NCBI GenBank assembly: GCA_964035575.1
Contig: OZ037843.1
Location: 1,178,001-1,242,000, forward strand
From: Rhynchopus sp. YZ270_cl-10
Lineage: Eukaryota
Length of the DNA: 64,000 bases
Direction: 5' to 3'
The first letter of the stretch is position 1; each line of letters opens with the position of its first letter. The notes beneath the pieces were generated by a model that saw nothing but the letters and a program-made list of their open reading frames with translations, did not search any database and had not been told where the DNA came from. A program made the translations under genes and the position numbers. Below are positions 1-9,433 of this stretch, piece by piece.

Positions 1-248
1 TTGACCATCATGCCATTCAGGGGGAAAATCCCAAAGTTAGCAAAAGGCCTGTTATTGTTTCAAGTTTTGGCCGGCGTCTCCTCAGCAGGTGTTGCTCCGC
101 ACGAGTTCAGGCAGGCTGGCCAACTTTTGTATTTATTTATTTTTACAAAACATGTGTGCATTTCTAAATGAAAATATTTCAGTAACCACGAGTCGTGTTT
201 TTTCCTCCCGTGCTCCCCATCTCACACACATTACATGCACATCGTGCC

Positions 249-638
249 GATGCGATGTGGACACTTCGTTGTGTTGCTGACTCACGATGACGCACAAAGT
301 GGCAACACGTAAATATTGCTCATGTGAACAGTATCCCAATGAAGCAGACATAACGCATGTTTGTTTTGTAACGCTTTCATGTCACAGAAGCATTCGCTTT
401 CTTTTGCTTTGTTTTTTTTCTCCCATTGAGAGCGCAGAAATGAATTGAATAAAGTGTCTTTTACACGCAATGTTTCATTATGCCCTCCGCGGCTAGTTTT
501 CCCTCTTTTGTGCTTTACGACACTTTCTGCACTTCAAGAAAACACATACTGTGAATCTTTTGTACATTTACTGGAATCAAGTCAACAATTGAGAGGCCTT
601 TTCGTGTGTGAACTTTGGAAGTGGAGATTGCACAACTG
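249..638 (+). repeat. Left copy of a direct repeat bracketing the 764-2650 gene
   Basis: GATGCGATGTGGACACTTCGTTGTGTT...TTTTGCTTTGTTTTTTT (249-419) recurs at 2649-2820. TCCCATTGAGAG and GTCAACAATTGAGAGG..CACAACTG recur at about 3083-3193. Confidence 0.9.
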
Positions 639-763
639 AGGAAACTAAACCACTGGGCGATCCAGATTGTTGTAATGGTAACTTGGGAGTCCACAAACCC
701 TCTGTGTGCACACTGCCGTACACCCTTCCCCACATTTACTTACACACAGGACACCCAAGAGTA

Positions 764-2650
764 ATGCAGTATCACTCCCTGGTGCTGGTCACATATGTGT
801 TGGCGCTGCTGTGCCCGTTGCTGTGTGCGGGGTATCTGTTTGCTGCAGACCCGGACGTTGTGATATACCGACACGAGGTAGATGTGAACGAGACGGGCAA
901 CAAGACAGTCTTCTGCGACCTTGATACGCAGGTGTGCACCAACGGGGATGCACTCTGCGCACAGGGCGACAAGCTTGTGTTGGGGAGCGACTGTGATCCG
1001 ACCGGGTTCTGGACGGCCTTGCTGCTCCTGAAGTGGGTGTACATCTTTGTGTGGCTGACACGTCTGCCCATTCTCTTCACTTCTGTCATGCACGCGGTTG
1101 GCAAGGAAGGGAAGGTGACACCACCCCATAAGCTTGTGGACGTATGCAGCGTGGTCTCGCAGCTGGCTTCCTTCGCCGCCTTTGTGATATACGTCGGAGT
1201 GTTGTACGGGCGCATGCAATTCTTCGGGAGCGAGCAGCGAGTTGTCTACTTCCCCACAGGCTTCCCGGTCATGCTGTGGTACGTCATGCGACTCGATTTC
1301 GCCATATCGCTGCTACTGCCGCTTTGGTTCTTCTTGTCTGACTATTCCTTTGTATCGTGTCGATTGGCATTTTACGAACTGATAGTTGCGTCGCTTGTCT
1401 CTGCTGTGATCGCTTTCACGATGATACTGCACAACACAGAAATCATGGAAAATTACATGCCGTTTGTATATCTCCCTCTCTTAACATACCCGGTGTACTG
1501 GTACTTTTCCTCCTGGAGCTATTTAGGGGGCCTTGCGGAGTTGCTCACAGTGTGCAGCTTCTTTGTGTACACAGCGTCGTACTACGCGTTGGGCGTGGAG
1601 GACAGGGAGGACACCACCTACTTCATGTGTGCCCTCCACAAATTCCAAATGATGGCTCCGATGTGTCTGTTCTCGATAGCCCTTACCATTACGTCTGTGT
1701 GGGAGATCAGGCCGCAGAAGCAGATCTACAAGCCTATCACCTGGGAAGGGGTCTGTGCGATGCCTGAGCAACAAGCTGCCGCAGTCACTCTTGTCCTGAC
1801 TGCGATACATACTAAAGACTCTCGCACTCTCGAAGCCTTGCCCCAGGACACTCTCCACACTGCGTTCCATGGTGCGACGGTAGCTGAGATGAGTAGAATT
1901 GTGCAGTACTTTTGCGAAACCACAAACAGATTTGCGATCATTGTGGCCAGCAGAGTGCTCATCGACAGGAATGACCTGTTGGTGGACATGGACATCCCTG
2001 CTTCTCTGAAGTACAGACTCTTGAAAGCATGCGACGATGAAGCACTCTCAACACACGTGCTGGACAAGATTCCCATTGCTGAGTTGTGCAAAGCAATCAA
2101 CGACGTTGAGAGGAACCCAGACGAAGCACTGGACTACGTTGAAAAGTTTGGTTTCGTTGAGAAACTGATTCCTGAGTGCAAGGCTGTCCCTTCATGGCGA
2201 TACATGCTGCCGTTCGTGGGGAGTGCGCACACACCGCTGTGCGCTCTTCTTGCACGTGGATACAAGGAACTGCTTCCGAAGAAGAGGCTTTACATAGCAG
2301 CTGCTGTGATGTGGGTGTGTGTGTATCTGGCGGGTTTTTTGTTTTCGATCTACGTCTGTGTGACACTTGGGTTGGAGGAGGACACGGACGGAAGCATGCC
2401 GCTGTTCCTTGCGTTCCTTGTGCCGGCAGGTGTGCTGGTCTCGCACGACGTGGTGTCACCATCCCTTCGCCACGCGCTGTGCACACAACGAACAAGACGT
2501 GCTGCAAACAACCCTCCTTCTGTGAAGGTGAGAGAGTGGAGCCCAGACTTCACTTTGTCGCAGCCCCTGAATTACCCTCGAACAGTTAAGCGTGCGGATG
2601 TGACAATACAACTTGAAGATGTGGGTGTCCAGGGTGCAGATGATGTCTGA
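764..2650 (+). CDS. Polytopic membrane protein (~628 aa) with signal peptide, unknown function
   Basis: Long intronless ORF. The ATG at 764 follows an AC-rich tract. N-terminal hydrophobic signal (MQYHSLVLVTYVLALLCPLLCAG), a Cys-rich ectodomain, many TM segments, a soluble region and two further TMs. Confidence 0.8.
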   Translation: MQYHSLVLVTYVLALLCPLLCAGYLFAADPDVVIYRHEVDVNETGNKTVFCDLDTQVCTNGDALCAQGDKLVLGSDCDPTGFWTALLLLKWVYIFVWLTRLPILFTSVMHAVGKEGKVTPPHKLVDVCSVVSQLASFAAFVIYVGVLYGRMQFFGSEQRVVYFPTGFPVMLWYVMRLDFAISLLLPLWFFLSDYSFVSCRLAFYELIVASLVSAVIAFTMILHNTEIMENYMPFVYLPLLTYPVYWYFSSWSYLGGLAELLTVCSFFVYTASYYALGVEDREDTTYFMCALHKFQMMAPMCLFSIALTITSVWEIRPQKQIYKPITWEGVCAMPEQQAAAVTLVLTAIHTKDSRTLEALPQDTLHTAFHGATVAEMSRIVQYFCETTNRFAIIVASRVLIDRNDLLVDMDIPASLKYRLLKACDDEALSTHVLDKIPIAELCKAINDVERNPDEALDYVEKFGFVEKLIPECKAVPSWRYMLPFVGSAHTPLCALLARGYKELLPKKRLYIAAAVMWVCVYLAGFLFSIYVCVTLGLEEDTDGSMPLFLAFLVPAGVLVSHDVVSPSLRHALCTQRTRRAANNPPSVKVREWSPDFTLSQPLNYPRTVKRADVTIQLEDVGVQGADDV

Positions 2651-3193
2651 TGCGATGTGGACACTTCGTTGTGTTACTGACTCACGATGACGCACAAAGT
2701 GGCAACACGTAAATATTGCTCATGTGAACAGTATCCCAATGAAGCAGACATAACGCATGTTTGTTTTGTAACGCTTTCATGTCACGCAGAAGCATTCGCT
2801 TTCTTTTGCTTTGTTTTTTTTTAAATTATTTTTTGGTACACTGTCACGAGAGGGCTTTGTATTTTGAAGTCAATTTCATTATTGTGAAAATTTGTTTGTA
2901 AATCAAGATACTTGACAATAGGAAATAGAAACGACGGAAGGTGCACCTCCAGGTTGTGTTTTCTCTCCCGCTGTTTTTCTCGCACGCCAGCGAAAAAAAC
3001 ACATCAAGCTAGCGGAGCGATAAACGAAAAAGTTGTTTTTCATTGTTTTCTTTTTCTTCATATCCTGAAGTTGGTTTCTAGTTCCCATTGAGAGTGTCGA
3101 AATTCAAGGACACATGCTGCGAATCTTTTGTGTCAAGTCAACAATTGAGAGGTCTTTTCGTGTGTGAACTTTGGAAGTGGTGATTGCACAACT
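2649..3193 (+). repeat. Right copy of the direct repeat, with a ~260-bp insertion (about 2822-3082) and an internal deletion
   Basis: Visual alignment to 249-638. It begins at the stop codon of the enclosed gene. Confidence 0.85.
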
Positions 3194-3643
3194 GCGGCAA
3201 TTTTAGGGAATCTTACAAAAACTGTACCCCATTTTGTTGTATTTTGAGCAACAAGCAAAGAGTAACGAGTCTCTCGAGCATTCTAGGTCCTGCTGGACCT
3301 TAAATTGCATCCGGGTATCCATTCCTCCTCCCCCAATGGCGACGACCTGTCAGCGACCTGTCAATATCGACCCTCCCTGGAGCACCAAAAGAGAAAAATA
3401 CCCCCTCACAACTGTATTGTTCGTAGTAAGAAGCAAAACTGTGGCACCAGACCACGAGACTGCGAAATTGCCTCACAAGTCATATCTAGTACCCTGCCCC
3501 TCATGTACTTTTTTCTCTGCTTGATACGGCGGATAACGAACGTGTTCGCAGTGTGTACGTCCGAGGCTTTGGTGATTTGGGGAGACACGTCCACCAACCC
3601 GCTCACCAAAGTACCAACGGTGCCATATTCCGATAAAAATATA

Positions 3644-3741
3644 CAGTCATCCAACAAAGGTTGGGGTAAAAACCCACCAAATTTTTTTGAGCCCACCAAA
3701 TCCACCAACGTTTTTACCCACCAACGTTTGTTGGATGACTG
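3644..3741. mobile_element. 98-bp Tc1/mariner-like MITE
   Basis: TA|CAGTCATCCAACAAAGGTTGG ... CCAACGTTTGTTGGATGACTG|TA: TIRs with a TA duplication. Confidence 0.75.
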
Positions 3742-3967
3742 TAAAAACTTATCGCCACCATACCGTGAAAAAGGGCTTTTGTTGCTTTCTTTGCAGGGGG
3801 TGAGAGACTATCACCTACTACCCCCACCACCACCGCCAATACTAGACAATAGCAACACAAATCTGAAACGTTACTATCTCACTCGCTTGCTTCGTTTGGG
3901 TTGGGTTTGCGGATTGTCAGCACATTTGCCCACACACATCCACAGTGTTGCACCTTCATAACTAGGC

Positions 3968-6067
3968 ATGGGGTACCTATGGGAAGCGTTGTCTCTGGAC
4001 GGGACTGTGGGAAGAGCGGAGCGGAAGAAGCGTACCATCCTGCTGCTGTGCTGTGCATCGTGTGCGCTGTTCACACTCTCACGCTTCGCATCTACGTTGC
4101 AGAAGCGGCTGGACCGTGACCTTGAGATCGACCTGTTCTCGTACATCCTCGTGTTCTGTGCGAACCTGTACCCGGTGGTAGGGATTCTCTGCAAAAGACG
4201 GCTGACCACCACTGCCGTTGTCGCAGCGTTGTATACCATGGCCTTCGGGGTGGTCATGTGGGATCTGGACGCAAGGACCTACAAGGAAACGTCGTGGCCA
4301 TTGCTCGTGCTCGTGGTTGACCTGTTGCTTGTGATGCAGGTGCCTGCACGCTACAGTGTGGGGTTGGTGTGTGTGGCCATCGTGTGGTTAATGTTATTGT
4401 CATTGGATGAAAGCTTCAGGTTTGGTCTGCTCGACCTGCCTGGCCTGCAGCTGCAGGAAGAGCGGAGAAGGCGTCTGACCCGGCTCACATCCTGCGACAG
4501 GCTGCCGTGTGCAGTCGACTTCCCCGCGCACACGTTGTTCATTGGCCTCGGTGTCTTTGTGGTGGACTTCCTCGCAACACGTAGCTTTGCACGTGACGTT
4601 CTGAAGGAGCAGGCGGCCATGCAGCGTACGATCAACACAGTGCAGGACATCGCGTCCCTCCTGGCTGGGTACGACGTGGAAGGCGTGGCACGCATGCTGG
4701 AGGCGCAAGAGACGTTGCTCCCAGAGGAGATGCGCGCAACGCTGCAGACGTTGGAGGAGAACCTGCGGAAGTACCGTCCCTACCTCCCTGCTGCGCTGTT
4801 TGAGGAGGATGAGGTGGACGGTGTGCAGCACACATCTGTGGCACCACCTGGGCTTGAGAGTGAGACAGCAACGATTGTGTTCACAGACATCCGTGCCTCG
4901 ACGTCGATCTGGGAGTGTGCAGCTGATGGGATGCGTGCTGGTCTGAAGATACACAACCGCGTGATGCGTGAGGTGATGCAGATGTTTGGTGGGTACGAAG
5001 TGAAGACGATAGGTGACGCCTTTATGATTGCCTTCGAGACAACAGCAGACGGAGTTAACTTTGCTCTGCAGGTGCAGGAGAAGCTGCTCGCAGCAGACTG
5101 GCCTGCGTCGCTGCTTGAGGATGCACCCATCTGCACACCACAACACTCTCTGTGGGGTGGCCTCACTGTGCGCATTGGTGTCAACACCGGCCCTGTGACT
5201 GTCGAACAGAACACACTCACTGGACGAACAGACTACTTCGGACACACTGTCAACGTTGCGTCACGCCTTGAGAGCACATGCAAGCCTGGTGCTGTTGCTG
5301 TTCCCTCTGACCTGTGGACATCTGACTGTGGTGCGTGCAGTGGTGTTGTGGGTCATTCGGAAGCACTTGACCTGAAGGGTGTGAGCGGTGCGACGTTTGT
5401 GTGTCCTGTGTGGCCTGTGTCGCTTGTGGGCCGCAGGCAACAGCCCCTTTGCGAAGCTCCGGACAACAGAGACGGCCGCTGTGGTGGCGAGTCTGACTCT
5501 GTGTCGATGCAGCCCTTCTTTGGCACACTCGATTCCGTGGCACTGGCCCAGCAGAACCCTGCTCGTTTTCTTGGCACAGTCGGTGTTGCAGATCTTGCAG
5601 TGGGCGACGAGGAACACGTGTCCGCACTGCAGTCCATGAGCAGCGGGCTGTCGACACTGACTGTTGCACTGGACCAGAGTGGCGGCGGCCTGGTGACGCT
5701 GCTTGGCAGCCGTGTCTGCGTGTCGTGGAACGTGACCCGCTCTGCCCCTGCACACATGGAGAACGCGATCCGCTTTGCACAGCGCATGAGTGGTGCGACC
5801 TTGGCAGGTGCAGGGCTTGCAAGCGGGCCTGTGCAGCATGGTGATGTGGGGGCACGCAAGCAGCGCTTTGTGACGGTGATGGGGACAACTGTGCGCCGGA
5901 GCTGGACGCTGTGCGAAGAGGCTGTGCGCGACGGTGTGGTGTGTCTGTTTGAGCCTCCCGAGGGCACAACACTGCCGACTGCACTGGAGCACGTCCTATT
6001 GGCACACAACGCACGGACAGGTGTTTACAAGGTTGTATATCGTACGATCAGAGATAGTGTGATCTGA
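3968..6067 (+). CDS. Membrane class III adenylate cyclase (multi-TM N-terminus, intact catalytic domain, degenerate second cyclase-like domain), 699 aa
   Basis: TIVFTDIRAST (metal Asp1), YEVKTIGDAFM (ATP-specifying Lys, metal Asp2), VRIGVNTGPV, TDYFGHTVNVASRLES (specificity Asp, catalytic Asn and Arg). The C-terminal GLASGPVQHGDVG..VMGTTVRRS domain lacks these residues. Confidence 0.93.
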   Translation: MGYLWEALSLDGTVGRAERKKRTILLLCCASCALFTLSRFASTLQKRLDRDLEIDLFSYILVFCANLYPVVGILCKRRLTTTAVVAALYTMAFGVVMWDLDARTYKETSWPLLVLVVDLLLVMQVPARYSVGLVCVAIVWLMLLSLDESFRFGLLDLPGLQLQEERRRRLTRLTSCDRLPCAVDFPAHTLFIGLGVFVVDFLATRSFARDVLKEQAAMQRTINTVQDIASLLAGYDVEGVARMLEAQETLLPEEMRATLQTLEENLRKYRPYLPAALFEEDEVDGVQHTSVAPPGLESETATIVFTDIRASTSIWECAADGMRAGLKIHNRVMREVMQMFGGYEVKTIGDAFMIAFETTADGVNFALQVQEKLLAADWPASLLEDAPICTPQHSLWGGLTVRIGVNTGPVTVEQNTLTGRTDYFGHTVNVASRLESTCKPGAVAVPSDLWTSDCGACSGVVGHSEALDLKGVSGATFVCPVWPVSLVGRRQQPLCEAPDNRDGRCGGESDSVSMQPFFGTLDSVALAQQNPARFLGTVGVADLAVGDEEHVSALQSMSSGLSTLTVALDQSGGGLVTLLGSRVCVSWNVTRSAPAHMENAIRFAQRMSGATLAGAGLASGPVQHGDVGARKQRFVTVMGTTVRRSWTLCEEAVRDGVVCLFEPPEGTTLPTALEHVLLAHNARTGVYKVVYRTIRDSVI

Positions 6068-6347
6068 GTGCTTCCGCACCACAGTACACACGATTCTGAC
6101 TCAACTCCAAGCAGAAAGTGCTGTGATCGGGTTATGTCCGTTGACGTTGCATTTCGTTTCTTTGCTTTCTTTGGACCAAAGGACGTCCTCATGAGCCCAC
6201 GCATTGTATTGTATGTCTTTCTCTGGTGACTAAGCACGAGAGGCTTAAGTTCATCATAAGATTTTCTTCTCGTGTGTCTGCCTCGGGCAGCCCTCCCCCA
6301 ATATCTTTCACACCAGTGTCCGCGAAAGTATGTTTTGCTGGTTTGTC

Positions 6348-6656
6348 GACGTATGCTGGGGTGCGACGTTGTCTGCAACCGTCTTTGCTTCAGCGACGCT
6401 GAGTGCGAACACGACCTGCGTCTGCTTCCGTGCAAGGTGGAGGTTGCTCGAGACTGCGGCACAGGTTGTGGCTGAGCTGGTTTCGAAGGAAGAAGAAACT
6501 TCAACTGCAGCAGACGAATGGATATACCAGATAGGCGGGAAGAAGCACTGGAGGGGTGACATGCTTGACGTCGCTCTGGCTTGGGCAGCGGGGTTGGCAC
6601 ACCAGTACACGCAGTCCCTTCCGGGACGTGCAGTGTTGTGTGTTGCTACATTCGGC
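6348..6656 (+). pseudogene. 3' fragment of the pseudo-cyclase family
   Basis: GACGTATGCTGGGGTGCGACGTTGTCTGC... nearly identical to 10794 onward, with a frameshift at about 6458 and deletions. No 5' part. Confidence 0.9.
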
Positions 6657-6949
6657 AATAGGGGGTTCGGGCAGAGACTCTGGGTCTCATTGGCATCTGT
6701 TTCTCAAGACTTTCCGGTGTAATTCTACTCTTTTTGTGGGTTGCCGTTTCAACGTGCCTCCCCATTTTCACACAACACAAAAAATAAAACCGACTTTATT
6801 TTTAGTTTGCCACCAAAAACAACACTTCAATCATCTCAATCCCCCACCCACTGCGCATATCACCCACATGCCACAACACACGACACACATCCTATAGTCT
6901 CTTCGATCTCTCTCTCTCTCTCTCTCTCCCTCCCCCCTTTTCCCACAAA

Positions 6950-7453
6950 ATGACACCACTAGAACATTTACGCGATGCGCTTGGCAAGACACGAGAGTCT
7001 AGCGAGGTGAGTAGCCTGCCTGGTGCGTTGGGTGTGGGTAGTGCTGTGCCGACTGTGCGGAAGTGTGGCAGCGATGTCCATGTTGAGTTTGTCACTGCAG
7101 GTATTGCGCTTGTGTTCCGCGTGACGCAGGCGAGCTCTGAGCTCCATGCAGTGTGGTGTCATGGGGCTGGGGTTGAAGGCTTTTCGCGTTGCTCACAAGA
7201 GGTGCTCTTCCCGGCCTGCTCAGGGCGTGACCTCGTGGCAGAACACAAAGAGCCGACACGAAAGGGCGGCGGCAAGCCCGCAGGGCACATCTGGTTTGAG
7301 TACACACCTTTCAAGCAAGCAGGCCTGAGCGCGACGTTCGAGATGCAGACAACCTCGTGGGAAGAGCCTGAAGCACCTCTACGCAGTGTAGTGTACTTTG
7401 CCTCAGAGAAGCAGAAGAAGGAGGAGAAGGAGGAGAAGGAGGGGAGTACATAA
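6950..7453 (+). CDS. Hypothetical protein, 167 aa
   Basis: ATG follows a pyrimidine tract and CCCACAAA. Composition is like neighbouring genes. Globular-looking sequence with EPTRKGGG..IWFEY motif and a charged tail. Confidence 0.65.
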   Translation: MTPLEHLRDALGKTRESSEVSSLPGALGVGSAVPTVRKCGSDVHVEFVTAGIALVFRVTQASSELHAVWCHGAGVEGFSRCSQEVLFPACSGRDLVAEHKEPTRKGGGKPAGHIWFEYTPFKQAGLSATFEMQTTSWEEPEAPLRSVVYFASEKQKKEEKEEKEGST

Positions 7454-7889
7454 TTGAGGGGGGTTTTGGGCTCCAGCACCGCCACTGCAATGGAAGAGAA
7501 GACGCATGAAATCCACGTGGTCATCCATGTGGTTTGCCTGCACTACCGACAAGGTGAGGGAGCACGCTACCTCGTTCGCAGTGGAATAATGACTCACCGT
7601 TGTTCACGGATTCAGCCGCTGCACATAATGTAGCACAACGCTGGAGTTTTGACTGAGCTCGACTTATCTTCGCTCAGCAATCTTTGCGCACATTGAGGGA
7701 CCTACTTCTCAAGCAAGCTTTACCTCTGATGTTTCTTGATCACTGTGTATGGATGAACAGAATTTGACACACGTAGCTTTCCCCCTTCCACCTGTGCACA
7801 TTGTACCTTTCTTGTATCTTCCCTCCCTCACCACCCTCCCCCAAAGCCCGCACAGCACAGCAGGTACAAATTCAATTCAAACACAAAAC

Positions 7890-8927
7890 ATGGATCTGCA
7901 TGTGGTGTTTTCCGACGAGACACACGTGATTGAGGTGGCTCTGGCTGACACAACTGCGGACATGCGGCGGAAGGTGGCGTCTGCAGTGGGGCTGCCTGAA
8001 GGCAGCTTTGACATGAGCTTCGGAGGCGAAGTGATGGGAAAAGGAGCAGACGTGACGCAGCTGAGTGCTGGTAACACGATTGAGGTGTCGTTGACGATGA
8101 AGTTCGAAGCTGTGGCAGCGCTTCGTGCATTGGGTGAGGCAGACCTGACGTCCGAGAGGTTGAAGGAGGTGAGGGATCCTGAGGTGGCGCGTTTGCTTCT
8201 GCAGGCGGAGGTTGCGACTGTCATTCCTGATGAGTTCCTAGAAGGTTCATCGTTAACGCGACTTGATCTGAGTGCTGTGTCGACTGTCACGCGGATTGGC
8301 GGCAACTTTCTCTCCGGATGCAGCAGTGTAACAGCTCTCGACTTATCTTCACTCACCACTGTCACGCACATTGGGTACAACTTTCTCTCCAGATGCAAGA
8401 GTTTGACAGCTGTTGACTTATCTTCACTCGACAGCATCACACACACCGGCGACGGCTTCCTCTCCAGATGCTGGAGTCTCACAGCCCTCGACTTATCTTC
8501 ACTCAACAGGCTTGAGTGGATCGGAGACGATTTCCTAAAAGAATGCAGCAGTCTAACAGAACTAAATTTAACTTCTCTCAACAGCATCACACATACCGGG
8601 GACGGCTTTCTCTCCGGATGCTGGAGTCTCACAGCTCTCGACTTATCTTCACTCAACAGACTTGAGTGGATCGGTGATGATTTCCTGAAAGAATGCAGCA
8701 GTCTAACAGAACTAGATCTGTCTTCACTCGACAGTGTTATGCACATTGGCAAGGCGAACTTCTGCGAGGGTACAAACTTACAAACCATCCGCCTCTCTGG
8801 GTGCAGTGCTGTTGCGTTACGCGCTGTGAAGGAGGCCAACCTTAAGGTTGTGCCGGAGTCCCGTCCGAAACGGAAGCGAGACGAATCGCCTGACGAAGAC
8901 TGCAGGCGACTGAGACTGTCGCAGTGA
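7890..8927 (+). CDS. N-terminal ubiquitin-like domain + BspA-type (25-aa) leucine-rich repeats + basic NLS-like tail, ~345 aa
   Basis: MDLHVVFSDETHVIEVALADTTADMRRKVASAVGLP (beta-grasp pattern). Repeats LTxLDLSSLxxxxxIGxxFLxxCxS. RPKRKR near the C-terminus. ATG at 7890 after ACACAAAAC. Confidence 0.88.
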   Translation: MDLHVVFSDETHVIEVALADTTADMRRKVASAVGLPEGSFDMSFGGEVMGKGADVTQLSAGNTIEVSLTMKFEAVAALRALGEADLTSERLKEVRDPEVARLLLQAEVATVIPDEFLEGSSLTRLDLSAVSTVTRIGGNFLSGCSSVTALDLSSLTTVTHIGYNFLSRCKSLTAVDLSSLDSITHTGDGFLSRCWSLTALDLSSLNRLEWIGDDFLKECSSLTELNLTSLNSITHTGDGFLSGCWSLTALDLSSLNRLEWIGDDFLKECSSLTELDLSSLDSVMHIGKANFCEGTNLQTIRLSGCSAVALRAVKEANLKVVPESRPKRKRDESPDEDCRRLRLSQ

Positions 8928-9433
8928 CGTACCACGATACGGTGTGTGCCGGGTTGCACGACCGGCTGTGAAGGGTACAGCCTAGGCTAGGTCCGTCCGA
9001 AACAGAAGCGAGACGAATCACATCACAAAGACCGCCAACCGCACCGCGACACTTGCAGTAAAGGATCAGCCTTTGGGATTAGCACAGAGCAACAGCATCA
9101 GTGCAAGAGGGCCTCCTTGATCCAGCTGCAGACACACGGCTCACACCAAACTATTCCCTACTGTCAGTCGCTTTTTAAGCCAGTCACGATCACAAATCGT
9201 CGTTAGTTTGCAAAGGGCGAGAAGAAAGGATCCTCATATAAAAATAGGGCGGGGCTGCAGGGTTTCATAAATTTCACCCAACACCCGGCAGGTTTTCAAA
9301 AAAAGACTCCCTTTTTCAAGTGATATTTTCCGACTGCGACCTTTTGCACCAACCTCTCGAAACCCACGATCCCTTCCCAGCCTCCACACCACTTACGAAG
9401 GCAGGAATACACCTTTACACACCACAGTGCACA

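Noticed and set aside
2822..3082. Helitron insertion (ends CTAG before T)
   Set aside because: No clear 5' TC start or subterminal GC-rich hairpin.
7877..8959. Long minus-strand ORFs (e.g. 7877-8959, 10129-11091, 15163-16341, 26401-27372, 60881-62155)
   Set aside because: Antisense shadows of + strand genes with no recognisable motifs.
9320..9433. ORF-track N-terminal extensions (608, 7749, 9320, 21312, 23365, 49641)
   Set aside because: Most use non-ATG starts or run through AC-rich flanks. Paralogue conservation or the signal peptide begins at the downstream ATG.
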